This document shows positions 53,978 through 63,241 of a DNA stretch of 64,000 nt, in pieces. Source of the DNA: Clostridiales bacterium. Its GTDB lineage: Bacteria; Bacillota; Clostridia; Oscillospirales; CAG-272. Below the pieces are notes generated by a model. It was given only the letters and a program-made list of their open reading frames with translations. It made no database searches and was not told the origin of the DNA. Both the position numbers and the translations under genes were made by a program. Positions within the stretch are counted from its first letter, which is position 1, and the number at the start of each line of letters is the position of its first letter. The stretch lies in assembly GCA_021202555.1 (NCBI GenBank), contig JAJQCT010000029.1:66287-130286 (forward strand). Direction: 5' to 3'.

Positions 53978-55054
53978 ATGGTATTAAGAATGAATCTCTG
54001 CGCAAAATTCAGAAAATCGGCGCGCATGACGGCGCTTTTGCTCGCCGCAGCCGCTTTGGCATCGCTTTTTTCATGTTCAAGCCCGTACATACGCGAAAGC
54101 ACGGATGAGGAGCTTGAAACGATACTTTATATCGGGGACTACGAGGTACCCTTCGAGCAGTTTTATTATTTTTTCATGAATTACAAAAACATCGCCGACG
54201 AGGGCGACGATTCGTACTGGGAATCGGACGACGTTGACACGGAGGCGCTCTTTGAAAAATACAAGGAGCAGACAATCAGCGCTCTTCTGCGCGCATACGC
54301 GACCTTCTCGCTTTGTCTCAAATACGACATCGACCCCGACGGGAGCAAAGTGACTAAGCTCGTGAACGAGACCGTGAACGAATATATCAACGAGACGTTC
54401 GGCGGCGCGAAATCATACGCAGAGGGGCTTGAGAGCGCTTTCATGACGGACAGCGTTTTCCGCTTTTACATCAAAAAAACGGAATGCGACACGCTTTTGA
54501 ACGAGGCGCTCATCGAGGCGGGCGTAATCAAAACGGACGACAACAGCATATACAGCGCGATTATGGATCCCGACGAATTCTGTCACGCGAAGCAGATTCT
54601 CATTCAGAATGACGAGGGCGACGACATCGAGGAAAATTATCAGCTTGCGCTCGAGGCGCTGACAAGCGCGCAGCTCGGCGCGGATTTTGACACTCTCGTC
54701 GCCGAGTACGGCGAGGACCTCGATATGATAGCGAATCCGAAGGGATATTATTTCACGCACAACGAGCTGCTCGAGGAATTTGAGGAGGCTGCGTTCGCGC
54801 TTGAAATAGGCGAGCTCAGCGGAATCGTCGAGTCCGACATCGGGTATCATATTATCCTGCGGCTTGAAATGGACCGCGATTATGTGACGGAATATTACGA
54901 TACGCTTTCGGAGGCGTATCTCATATGGAAGTATCAGGAGGCGGTCGAGGCTGAAATGGCAAATCTCACCGTTACGGAAACAGAGCTGCTCAAATCGCTT
55001 ACAATGGAGGATTTTTATTACTCCGACGAGGCGAGCGAGACTTCGGGAAATTGA
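53978..55054 (+). CDS. prsA: PrsA/SurA-like peptidylprolyl isomerase lipoprotein (parvulin domain)
   Basis: Signal peptide ending LASLFSC (lipobox). Parvulin core HAKQILIQ...FDTLVAEYGED...GYYFTHNELLEEFEEAAFALEIGELSGIVESDIGYHIILR. ATG 53990 is an alternative start. Confidence 0.8.
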   Translation: MVLRMNLCAKFRKSARMTALLLAAAALASLFSCSSPYIRESTDEELETILYIGDYEVPFEQFYYFFMNYKNIADEGDDSYWESDDVDTEALFEKYKEQTISALLRAYATFSLCLKYDIDPDGSKVTKLVNETVNEYINETFGGAKSYAEGLESAFMTDSVFRFYIKKTECDTLLNEALIEAGVIKTDDNSIYSAIMDPDEFCHAKQILIQNDEGDDIEENYQLALEALTSAQLGADFDTLVAEYGEDLDMIANPKGYYFTHNELLEEFEEAAFALEIGELSGIVESDIGYHIILRLEMDRDYVTEYYDTLSEAYLIWKYQEAVEAEMANLTVTETELLKSLTMEDFYYSDEASETSGN

Positions 55055-55069
55055 CGCAAAGGGAGCGCA

Positions 55070-56572
55070 ATGGCAAACGATCACGTACCGATAAAATACA
55101 GAAGACGGCGTATAAAGCGCAGGAAAAGCACCGTCGGGCGGGCAGGCAAAAGGCAGATTCCCACGGCAGTTATTTTCGTGTGCGCTTTTGTCGTTTTTTG
55201 CATTGTCGGCACGGTGGCGCTCGGAAATTATCTTCTCGGAAAGGTTGATGAGGGCGGCGTCACGGACGCATCATCCTCTACATCAACCACATCCTCGACG
55301 CGCTACACGTCGGGGATTTCAAGCATAGCGGCTGCCGAGGGAAACGTGCGCTCGGGATGTCTTGATATCAGCGACACATCAGACCTTGCGGTCATCAGGG
55401 AGCGCGTCGATTTTCTCTTTGAATGCGGCTACAACGCGGTGACAATTCCCGTATCAAAATACGACGGAACGCTTTATTATATGTCGGATGCTGCCGTCGC
55501 GCTCTCGCGTATGTCGGAGGATGAAAATTTGGCGTCGCTTTCCGATATTCTCGACGTGATTGACGCATCCGCCGAATATTACGGAATCGACGCGGACATA
55601 ACCGTTTATTATACTGCGACATGGTGCGGAATTTCCGACAGCGTACTTCGCGAGGCGGCGATTTTATATGACACCGCAGTAATTGCCGAATGTGACGCCG
55701 CGGGGGTCGATGAGGTGCTGATTTCATATTTTGAGGTTACGGCGGACGAGAGCGGCATTGACGAGCTTATGTCATTCACGAACAAAATAAAGGAATCCGC
55801 GCCTGATATAAATCTCGGGCTTTCGTTCCTGATTGATATTTACTCCGACACAAACTATGCGACACTGCTGGAGGCTGCCGCGTCATGCGTGTCGTTTCTC
55901 ACGGTTGACATATCGTCAATTGACCTGACATACGTCAGCACATACGGGAAGGTTTACACGGAAAACGAGGACAGCTCCGAAATTGCGGAGGACGAAAGCA
56001 CGGCTGAGGAAACGGCAGTCATTGCGCGCGATTCCTCGATATACAGCGACCTTTCGGAGGCGGCGGAAGCGATAAAGGGGAGCGTTTCCCTTTACGGTCT
56101 GCGTTTTCTCTTATACGGCGAGGACACGTATGTCCTCTCCGAATCGATAAACGCGATTTATTCGGCGGGAGCTTATAATTTTTACGTCATAACGCCGACC
56201 CCGACGAATACGCAGGAGGCTGACACGGAAACGGGCGATTCCGGCGAGACGGAGGAGGACACGGAGACTGAAGCCCCCGCAGCAACAAAGGCGGAAACAA
56301 CGACGACAACTGAGGCGCCGGAGGAGACAACAACAGAGGCACCCGTTGAGACGACAACGGAGACTCCTGTGGAGACAACGGCGGAATCCGCCGAGGAGTC
56401 TACAGCGGAGACTCCTGTGGAGACAACGACGGAATCCGTCGAGGAAACAACGACGGAGGAGGAGACCACAACCGCTGAGACGACAACCGTCGCGGAGACG
56501 ACGGAGGAGGCACCCGAGGAAACGACCGACGCTCCCGAGGAAACGACAGGCGAGGCTGACGGCGAGGAATAA
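55070..56572 (+). CDS. Hypothetical membrane-anchored protein with acidic Thr/Glu-rich C-terminal repeats
   Basis: Basic N-terminus, one TM segment (AVIFVCAFVVFCIVGTVALG), an unassigned central domain and a C-terminal ETTTEAPVETTTETPVETT low-complexity tail. Confidence 0.5.
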   Translation: MANDHVPIKYRRRRIKRRKSTVGRAGKRQIPTAVIFVCAFVVFCIVGTVALGNYLLGKVDEGGVTDASSSTSTTSSTRYTSGISSIAAAEGNVRSGCLDISDTSDLAVIRERVDFLFECGYNAVTIPVSKYDGTLYYMSDAAVALSRMSEDENLASLSDILDVIDASAEYYGIDADITVYYTATWCGISDSVLREAAILYDTAVIAECDAAGVDEVLISYFEVTADESGIDELMSFTNKIKESAPDINLGLSFLIDIYSDTNYATLLEAAASCVSFLTVDISSIDLTYVSTYGKVYTENEDSSEIAEDESTAEETAVIARDSSIYSDLSEAAEAIKGSVSLYGLRFLLYGEDTYVLSESINAIYSAGAYNFYVITPTPTNTQEADTETGDSGETEEDTETEAPAATKAETTTTTEAPEETTTEAPVETTTETPVETTAESAEESTAETPVETTTESVEETTTEEETTTAETTTVAETTEEAPEETTDAPEETTGEADGEE

Positions 56573-56825
56573 CGCATTCCCGCAAAAAAAATTGAAAATT
56601 TTCGAAAGTAGTGAGTACACGATAACTTTCGTCGGGACAAGCCCTCCGAAAGGTTATCGCAACGCGGAACAAGTGAAGTTACACGCAATTTTCGCGCTCA
56701 AAAAAATATTTTTATTTTTTGCGAAAGTAGCGAGACTTTTTGCGATTTTTTTCGACTAATAGGGTGAAACACAAAAATGCGCGGCGTCACGCGCGAAAAA
56801 TTCAATCATGAAGGAGGGTTTCACC

Positions 56826-57953
56826 ATGAAAACCACAAATCGAAGGATTGCGGCGCTTATTTTAGCGCTCGGCACTGCTCTCATGTTCGTACCGTCGTGT
56901 ATGGACGCAGCAGAAGAGGACAAAACGTCGGGGACGGAAAATGCGGCGATTGAAGCCAGCACAACAGGTGAAACAAGCGCGGCTGAAATCACCGAAAATG
57001 ACGAAACAGACGAAACCGACGATGCCGCGGAAACCACGGAAACCGCAGAAACTACAGAAACTACAGAAACTACAGAAACTACAGAAACCGCTGAAGCCTC
57101 GGAAATCGTCGAAACCGCAGAAACCGAAATAACGGCGACGTTTACAAACGGAGTATATTCGGGAGATATTGCCGCGTTTGAGTTGGGCATTGCTTTCGAC
57201 GACGGAGGAGACAACGGAGTTCACAGCTCGGATTATTCCCTGTGGTCTGATGAGAACACTTCAAGGTATAAACGGGAAAATGCCGATGAGACGTACTCAA
57301 TCACATTTGACGGTGTTGAATATACGGGAACCTACTATTATACCGAGCTATTGAGGTATACCGCCTTCGAGATTGACTGTTATCGAATAGATTCGGGCTG
57401 GTTTTCCGTAAAAACGAACAGCGGAGAGCTTGTTGAGTTTTTGCTCGTTGCCAATGAGGGCAGCGGAACGGGAGCGTATACGCTCGAGGGCAGTCAATCA
57501 ACAGCGGAAGCCTTGGCATCACAGTATTTCGACACGACGGCATATGAACTTGAAACATCAGAGGACGAATACTGGAATGTATATTGCTATACGGTATATG
57601 CGTGTGGAATCGCCACAAGAGATACAGTGAACATCTGTGTGTCGAAATATACGGGAAAGGTTGAGATTTTCAGCTCGGCAGATCTCGGGGCTTTCTCATC
57701 GGATACCGCAAGCATGGCATCACTCACTGATTCGGCGTCGGCGCTCACGTCCGAAAATGCGACCTTGGCGCTTGAAGCAAAGCTTGACGCGATATATGAC
57801 GAATATGAATCGTATGAAATAACATATCAGACGCTGGCGAAGCTTCCAAGCGGTAATGTATGTTTGATTTCAAACGTCAGCGTTAAAATAAAGGAATGGG
57901 ATGAACACATGGTCGTGATTCTCCTTTGCGAAGCATCATCCGTAACGGAATAA
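56826..57953 (+). CDS. Hypothetical lipoprotein with acidic Thr/Glu-rich linker
   Basis: MKTTNRRIAALILALGTALMFVPSC (lipobox). ATG 56826 lies 8 nt after AAGGAGG; the track ORF starts 18 nt earlier. Confidence 0.5.
   Translation: MKTTNRRIAALILALGTALMFVPSCMDAAEEDKTSGTENAAIEASTTGETSAAEITENDETDETDDAAETTETAETTETTETTETTETAEASEIVETAETEITATFTNGVYSGDIAAFELGIAFDDGGDNGVHSSDYSLWSDENTSRYKRENADETYSITFDGVEYTGTYYYTELLRYTAFEIDCYRIDSGWFSVKTNSGELVEFLLVANEGSGTGAYTLEGSQSTAEALASQYFDTTAYELETSEDEYWNVYCYTVYACGIATRDTVNICVSKYTGKVEIFSSADLGAFSSDTASMASLTDSASALTSENATLALEAKLDAIYDEYESYEITYQTLAKLPSGNVCLISNVSVKIKEWDEHMVVILLCEASSVTE
57048..57083 (+). repeat. In-frame 9-nt tandem repeat (GAAACTACA x4) encoding ETT repeats
   Basis: Read directly from the sequence. 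Flanked by diverged GAAACCNCN units. Confidence 0.85.
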
Positions 57954-57959
57954 ATCTTA

Positions 57960-58016
57960 CCATCATAACCCCCTCGCCGCAGGCAACCCCTTTGCCTTTG
58001 GCGAGGGGGTTTTATT
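57960..58016 (+). terminator. Conserved terminator-type hairpin R1
   Basis: CCATCATAA-CCCCCTCGCC GCAGGCAACCCCTTTGCCTT TGGCGAGGGGG-TTTTATTTT. Near-identical to R3 (59308-59366). Confidence 0.65.
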
Positions 58017-58039
58017 TTCACATTTTGAAAATAAAAGCC

Positions 58040-58068
58040 TTGACAAAACAAAAAATATATGATACAAT
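58040..58068 (+). promoter_or_regulatory. Sigma70-type promoter of the AT-rich islet
   Basis: TTGACA - 17 nt - TACAAT, followed by AAACTTGAAAAT. Confidence 0.55.
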
Positions 58069-58115
58069 AAACTTGAAAATAAAAATTTGAGTTAATTTCG
58101 AGGAGAAAAAGCTCC

Positions 58116-58229
58116 ATGAAAGATGTTTTTGAAATTGTACCGTATCATATTCTCGAACTTTTCCCTGCGCATGAATCACAGGCACGGGGAATCATGCGCG
58201 AAAACATCGAGCCGCCGCTGAATGACTGA
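58116..58229 (+). CDS. Candidate 37-aa small ORF
   Basis: Below the track cutoff. GAGGAG 9 nt upstream of the ATG. Translation MKDVFEIVPYHILELFPAHESQARGIMRENIEPPLND. No similarity that I recognise. Confidence 0.3.
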   Translation: MKDVFEIVPYHILELFPAHESQARGIMRENIEPPLND

Positions 58230-58256
58230 AAATATGACGGCATAAAGGAGAATATC

Positions 58257-58787
58257 ATGAAAAAATCGAAAAAAATTGTAGTAGCAGCATTTTCGGTTAC
58301 TGCGCTTTTAATTGCAGTGTTTTTGCTGTACACATACCACTCTTGGCTCAACGATTCCGTTGAAGAAAACGATATTGTCGGTTTTGGTTTTTATATTGCT
58401 GTAATTTGCAGTCTTTATTTCATTTTCACTTGGATTTCAATTGGTGATGATGTTGTATATTATCTCATCGACAAATCAAACAAAACCCCGTTTGAGACAA
58501 TTTTGCATATTATTTCGACCATTTCTGCTGCATATCTTTTTGTATTGGGCGTATATTTACTCGATTCAGCCGGAGTGCTTAGTTTAGGAAATACCGTTTT
58601 ATATGCATTCAAAATTTTGTTTCCCGAGAGTGGAATATATATTTTAATTGCAGTTGCATTCGGAGCAGCTCTTCCGATTATAAAAATTGTAAGCTTCATC
58701 ATCCGGCTTACTCGCCGCAGCATAAAGACGCGCAAAATTATAAAAGCATACGAAGCTGAACACACGTCAGATTCCTGTGAGTTATAA
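58257..58787 (+). CDS. Hypothetical multi-pass membrane protein (AT-rich islet)
   Basis: 176 aa with AAGGAG RBS and four or five hydrophobic segments. Codon composition is visibly more AT-rich than neighbouring genes. Confidence 0.5.
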   Translation: MKKSKKIVVAAFSVTALLIAVFLLYTYHSWLNDSVEENDIVGFGFYIAVICSLYFIFTWISIGDDVVYYLIDKSNKTPFETILHIISTISAAYLFVLGVYLLDSAGVLSLGNTVLYAFKILFPESGIYILIAVAFGAALPIIKIVSFIIRLTRRSIKTRKIIKAYEAEHTSDSCEL

Positions 58788-58792
58788 TCATC

Positions 58793-58864
58793 CCATCCAT
58801 CACACAACCCCATCGCGCAGGCAACACCTTGCCATAGGCAAAGTGTTGCCTGCGGCGAGGGGGG
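58793..58864 (+). repeat. Conserved hairpin R2 (extended variant of R1/R3, no T-tract)
   Basis: CCCCATCGC GCAGGCAACACCTTGCC ATA GGCAAAGTGTTGCCTGC GGCGAGGGGGG. Lies between the two islet membrane-protein genes. Confidence 0.6.
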
Positions 58865-58881
58865 TAAGGAGGCAAATCGTC

Positions 58882-59298
58882 ATGAAAAAAAGTACTGCAA
58901 AAACAGCTTTTGTAGCTGTTTTGCTTATCACATTAGTATGCATGGTAATTTTCGCTTATATTGACGAGTCAAATGGCAAAGCAATTTTAGGCGACGATTA
59001 TTACAAACCGCTCGGAAGAGGTTTTGACTATTTTATTTATTTTCTCATAACGCTTCCGATTATTTTGCTTGAAACTGTCGCTTATCAGGCGGCATCCTGT
59101 TTCTTCATTTGTAAACCATCTTACAAATCGAGCCGGCTTTTTGTCGCCGTCCTTCTTGTGCTTTCCGTCGCCGAAATCATGAGCGTAATTCTTGGAATCG
59201 CTGTCAACGAAAGCTTCTTGCTTGCGATGCTTTTAACCACGCCTGTTATGCTCTTCGTCGAGCTTGCGTATTTCATCACATGGGTGAAGGCGCGGTGA
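58882..59298 (+). CDS. Hypothetical multi-pass membrane protein (AT-rich islet)
   Basis: MKKSTAKTAFVAVLLITLVCMVIF... with four hydrophobic segments. ATG 58882 follows AAGGAGG. The track ORF (58777) runs through hairpin R2. Confidence 0.5.
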   Translation: MKKSTAKTAFVAVLLITLVCMVIFAYIDESNGKAILGDDYYKPLGRGFDYFIYFLITLPIILLETVAYQAASCFFICKPSYKSSRLFVAVLLVLSVAEIMSVILGIAVNESFLLAMLLTTPVMLFVELAYFITWVKAR

Positions 59299-59307
59299 TT
59301 TAACTGC

Positions 59308-59366
59308 CCATCATAACCCCCTCGCCGCAGGCAACATCTTGCCTATGGCGAGGGGGTGACTTTTTT
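59308..59366. terminator. Conserved terminator-type hairpin R3 (between convergent genes)
   Basis: CCATCATAA-CCCCCTCGCC GCAGGCAACATCTTGCCTA TGGCGAGGGGG-TGACTTTTTT. Confidence 0.65.
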
Positions 59367-59373
59367 ATCAAAT

Positions 59374-59859
59374 TCAGCAGAAAAGCAAAATGACAAGCAT
59401 AAGCATGAGAAGATCATCGCCGCCGTTTACAAAAAGCATGACGATAAGCGCGGCGATTATAATTTCATCTGTTGAAATATCCTTGATGATTCCGAGTACT
59501 GCGTCAAGTGCGCCGCCGGATTTTTTTTGCGGCGGCGGGCTGTGCGTCCCGCGAACATTTGCGCTCGCCGTTTCCGGTGTGACCGTTTCCGGCGCTGCTG
59601 CTGCCGGCGCGACTGCCGCTGTTACGTCTCTAATTTCGCCGCCGCGCGTCTCCCCGCTCTCCCTGCGGTCAAAAACATATCCGCGCCGAAACATCCGCTC
59701 CGCCTCGGAAATTGCCTCGTCGGCTGCCTCTGTGGGTGCGGCGTCGGTCGCGGCGTCGGTCGCGGTGACCGACGCTTTGTCATCCTTGACGGCAAAAGCA
59801 ATACCGCTGTATTCGTCGGGTATATGTATTTCTTCCTTTCCGTTTGTTCCGATATACAT
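59374..59859 (-). CDS. Hypothetical protein with C-terminal TM anchor
   Basis: 161 aa with GGAGG RBS. Ala/Thr/Pro-rich middle and a C-terminal IIIAALIVMLFV...LMLMLVILLF. Third gene of a three-gene operon. Confidence 0.45.
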   Translation of the reverse strand: MYIGTNGKEEIHIPDEYSGIAFAVKDDKASVTATDAATDAAPTEAADEAISEAERMFRRGYVFDRRESGETRGGEIRDVTAAVAPAAAAPETVTPETASANVRGTHSPPPQKKSGGALDAVLGIIKDISTDEIIIAALIVMLFVNGGDDLLMLMLVILLFC

Positions 59860-59869
59860 ACTTGCCCTC

Positions 59870-60397
59870 CTATCCCCTGAATAAGCCCGAGATGCGGTTG
59901 ACGCTTATCATCGCGTCAGCCGCAGATCTGCGGGATTCGGAAAGATACGGCTTTATCGCCAAGAGAAGCTGCTCGCGGTTCCCCTCCGCCATGTTCGCAT
60001 CCGACGCCTCTGACGGGGGCGAATCAACGAGGCTCATTACCTCCGATGCGCCGCCGTCGTCGGGTGCGGGTGTCTCGTCGGGCGGCTCCTCTGAAATCTC
60101 ATGGGCATCCCCGCTTTCATCGGCAGCCGCATCGCTTTCAGCCAAAGCCGACACTGACGGCACCTCGCCGTCGGAGGCGCGAAAAAGCCCGAGCAGCGGG
60201 ATTATACGCGGCAGCATATCAAGCAGCCCGCCTGCGCCGTCCGAATCGGGTGAATCCTTGTTTTTGACGCGGCGCGACGCCGCGAGCGCGGACACACCCG
60301 CAATAACGGCTTCGATTACGGTGGGATTTTGCAGTATTCCGCCGATAAGCTCGCCGAGCGCTCCGACGCCGTCAAAGCGCGTCTTTCCCTCATTCAT
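59870..60397 (-). CDS. Hypothetical protein (acidic, C-terminal LLLAIKPYLSESRR motif)
   Basis: 175 aa with ATGA overlap to the upstream 73-aa ORF. I recall the KPYLSE.RR motif from uncharacterised clostridial proteins, but with no assigned function. Confidence 0.45.
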   Translation of the reverse strand: MNEGKTRFDGVGALGELIGGILQNPTVIEAVIAGVSALAASRRVKNKDSPDSDGAGGLLDMLPRIIPLLGLFRASDGEVPSVSALAESDAAADESGDAHEISEEPPDETPAPDDGGASEVMSLVDSPPSEASDANMAEGNREQLLLAIKPYLSESRRSAADAMISVNRISGLFRG

Positions 60398-60615
60398 CTT
60401 CCGTTCCTTTTATACGATTCGATTATTTCCGTCGCGCGCTTTATGTCGCCGTCTGTCATGCTTGAAAGTGCGGAGCGCAGCTTCGACAGATCCTTCGGGC
60501 GATTCACTCCCGAGAGATTCAGCCCGCTTGAGGACGCGATCAGCTGTATCGTGCGCCAGAGCTGCTCGTCATTTTGCTTCAAAAGTCTGTCTACCGTCGC
60601 CTTATCTATTTTCAT
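60394..60615 (-). CDS. Hypothetical small protein
   Basis: 73 aa, first gene of the three-gene operon. Preceded on the minus strand by TATAAT-containing sequence and AAAGGAA. Confidence 0.45.
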   Translation of the reverse strand: MKIDKATVDRLLKQNDEQLWRTIQLIASSSGLNLSGVNRPKDLSKLRSALSSMTDGDIKRATEIIESYKRNGR

Positions 60616-60847
60616 AAAAACCGTATTCCTTTCGTTTCGGATTATAATATACTCGGGGGCGTTTCAGTAAAGCCCCTTTTCCATTATATGCGGAAATCGG
60701 AATATGTAACTCATTTTTTTGTCATCGTGCAAAATTCGTCGTTTTTTCGATTTGCGAAATTAGCACGATTTACAATGTTTAATCGACGCGCGTCAAATGA
60801 AAAATAACGATGACGGGATATTCAAATGAAAGGATCTAAAAACAAAT

Positions 60848-61699
60848 ATGAATCCGAAAAAACCAAATCAGAATATATTCGCATTTTTTGCGCTTGCAGC
60901 GCTTTTGATGCTGCTTGCGCAGAACGCCGCGGCTGCAAATTCAGGCGGCGATCGCGACGCGATGTCAAGACTTTACGAAACGGTCGGCGGCGAGGCGACA
61001 CCGTATAGCTGGTATACAGTCCGCACCAAGGACCACTCAACCCCGCCGATAGCAAGCGAGCTGTCGTTTATAACCGAGCATGGCGGCTATTACGCCGACA
61101 CGGATGCAGAAACACGCGGCGACCGTGTTCTTTATCTCACGTTTGACGCCGGATATGAAAACGGAAACATTGAAAAAATCCTCGACACGCTCAAGGAAAA
61201 GGGCGTAACAGGCGCGTTTTTTATTCTCGAAAACATGATTGAGCGCTTCCCCGCCCTTGTTCTGCGGATGAAGGACGAGGGACACCTCGTATGCAATCAC
61301 ACGAGCGATCATCACGACATGAGCAGCGTCACGGATTTTGAGGTGTTCTCGGAGGAGCTGACATCTCTTGACGAAAAATACCGCGCACTCACAGGCGAGA
61401 GCATAGCCCCGTACTACAGACCTCCCGAAGGGAAATTCACGGAGCTTAATCTGGAATATGCTCAGAAGCTCGGATATGACACGATATTCTGGAGCCTCGC
61501 ATACGCCGACTGGGATAACGACGCTCAGCCGAGCCGTGAATATGCGATAAAAAAGCTTTCCGACAACACGCACAGCGGAGCTGTGATTCTGCTTCACCCG
61601 ACTTCAAGTACAAATGCCGAAATTCTCGGCGAAATGATAGACATTTGGCGAAATGACGGGTATCGCTTCGGCACGCTCGACGAGCTGACGGGAAAATGA
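60848..61699 (+). CDS. pdaA: Polysaccharide deacetylase (CE4), PdaA-like
   Basis: Signal peptide, then LYLTFDAGYENGN, GAFFILENMIERFP and HLVCNHTSDHHDMS, as in the spore-cortex delta-lactam de-N-acetylase family. Confidence 0.75.
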   Translation: MNPKKPNQNIFAFFALAALLMLLAQNAAAANSGGDRDAMSRLYETVGGEATPYSWYTVRTKDHSTPPIASELSFITEHGGYYADTDAETRGDRVLYLTFDAGYENGNIEKILDTLKEKGVTGAFFILENMIERFPALVLRMKDEGHLVCNHTSDHHDMSSVTDFEVFSEELTSLDEKYRALTGESIAPYYRPPEGKFTELNLEYAQKLGYDTIFWSLAYADWDNDAQPSREYAIKKLSDNTHSGAVILLHPTSSTNAEILGEMIDIWRNDGYRFGTLDELTGK

Positions 61700-62397
61700 T
61701 GCGTTTTTGGAAAAGGGCGGCGCGGGTTCTTCTCGCCTCGGCACTTCTTGCGCAGTGCATAATTCCGCGCTGCCGCGCTGCCGTATGGGACGAGGGCGAC
61801 ATATTCAAGGGCTGCGGGGAAATGTGCGTCGCCCTCACGTTCGACGACGGTCCGCATGAAACAAAGACCTATGAAATACTCGATATTCTCGACAAATACG
61901 GCGTTGCCGCGACGTTTTTCATGATAGGCGAAAACGTCTCGCTTTATCCTGACGTGGCGAGAAGCGTAGCCGAGAGGGGACACGAAATCGGCAATCACAC
62001 ATACTCTCACGCCTATCTTTCGGACGCTTCCTTTGAAACCGCCGCGATGGAAATCGAGATGTGCGAGGATATTCTCTATACGACCGTCGGCGAGGTTCCG
62101 CATATTCTTCGACCACCCGGCGGAATTTACGGCAGCGCCGCTATTGAGGCAGCACGCACCTTTTGCGATATTGTTGTGCTGTGGAGCATTGACACTCGCG
62201 ACTGGGACCACGCAAGCACAGAGAAAATTGTAAATACGGTTGAAAAAAACGTCCGTGGCGGCGACATCATACTCATGCACGATTACGTTTCGGGAACATC
62301 GCATACTGCGGAGGTGCTCGATATAATAATACCCTTGCTTTTGTCGCAAGGGTATACATTCGTAACCGTATCGGATATGTATCTGAATTACCGCTGA
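61696..62397 (+). CDS. Polysaccharide deacetylase (CE4 NodB domain)
   Basis: VALTFDDGPHE, ATFFMIGENV, HEIGNHTYSH, LRPPGG and IILMHD. 4-nt overlap with the preceding gene. Confidence 0.8.
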   Translation: MMRFWKRAARVLLASALLAQCIIPRCRAAVWDEGDIFKGCGEMCVALTFDDGPHETKTYEILDILDKYGVAATFFMIGENVSLYPDVARSVAERGHEIGNHTYSHAYLSDASFETAAMEIEMCEDILYTTVGEVPHILRPPGGIYGSAAIEAARTFCDIVVLWSIDTRDWDHASTEKIVNTVEKNVRGGDIILMHDYVSGTSHTAEVLDIIIPLLLSQGYTFVTVSDMYLNYR

Positions 62398-63005
62398 AAT
62401 TTTGGAATATAGCCTCTCTTTTCAAAAAATTCGCGTGCGAGCATTGAGGCGACCCCGACGGTGCGGTATCTGTCGCCGACCCTTACCGCATCGCGGAGCG
62501 TCCCCTCGTATGTCATTCCGACCTTTTCGGTAACGCGGCGCGAGCGCTCGTTTTCTATCATGTATCTGCATTCGATTCTGTGAAGCGAGAGCGTGGTGAA
62601 GCCGAAATTCATAACGGCAAAGAGCGCCTCGCACGCAATCCCCATTCCCCAATAGGCGCGGTTCAGTACGTATCCGCATTCAGCCGAGTCGTCGTCCGGG
62701 GAAAAGCGCGTAAAGCCGCAGGTGCCTATCATTTTGTCCTCTTCCCGCAAAATTACGCCCCAGTCGTAAAATTTGCCGTCGCGGTAGCGCTTCATTACGT
62801 CCGCAAGGTAAGCGGACGTATATCTTTTGTCGGGATGCGGCTCCCACAAAAGATAGCGCGTCACCTCGGGATCCTTTGAGTATTCGAACATATCGTTCGC
62901 GTCCGAACGCCGGATTTTCCGCAGGGTCAGCCTTTCTGTCTCAAGCGTCGGGGGAGATGAAAAAATTTGCCTTATCGATTCTCTGTTCAAGGTATCACCT
63001 CGCAT
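62388..63005 (-). CDS. GNAT-family N-acetyltransferase (RimJ/RimL-like)
   Basis: 205 aa with TERLTLRKIRRSDANDMFEY, NRAYWGMGIACEA and the acetyl-CoA-binding region. Confidence 0.8.
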   Translation of the reverse strand: MRGDTLNRESIRQIFSSPPTLETERLTLRKIRRSDANDMFEYSKDPEVTRYLLWEPHPDKRYTSAYLADVMKRYRDGKFYDWGVILREEDKMIGTCGFTRFSPDDDSAECGYVLNRAYWGMGIACEALFAVMNFGFTTLSLHRIECRYMIENERSRRVTEKVGMTYEGTLRDAVRVGDRYRTVGVASMLAREFFEKRGYIPKFQR

Positions 63006-63241
63006 TCTGATATATCTATATTCTATACCATATACATCGATTTTGCAAGCCCGATTTCAAAAAATACGGCGCTCACGCGGTTTTTTCAACTGTTTTCGAA
63101 ATATTCATTGATTTGCGCGCGCCTTTGTGCTAAAATAATATAAAGTATCGGCGTGCCTGCTGTATGCGTGCCGCACTGTCATATATTTTGCCCCGCCTGC
63201 GTAATATCATATTGAATGTATATTTACGGGGTGATGAGGAT

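Noticed and set aside
57960-59366. Integron-like gene cassettes, with R1-R3 hairpins acting as attC sites (a CALIN-type array).
   Set aside because: The ends do not fit the attC R''/R' cores (RYYYAAC...GTTRRRY). R3 lacks any GTT, no intI is in the window, and R1 and R3 carry T-tracts like ordinary terminators. I kept the observation only as a conserved-terminator/islet finding.
63216-63236. A possible sixth, collapsed F1 remnant (ATTGAATGTATATTTACGGGGTGA) just upstream of the last gene. A similar ACATTTACGGGAG lies before ppa.
   Set aside because: The matches are short and AT-rich, have no hairpins and overlap the SD region. They are not distinguishable from chance.
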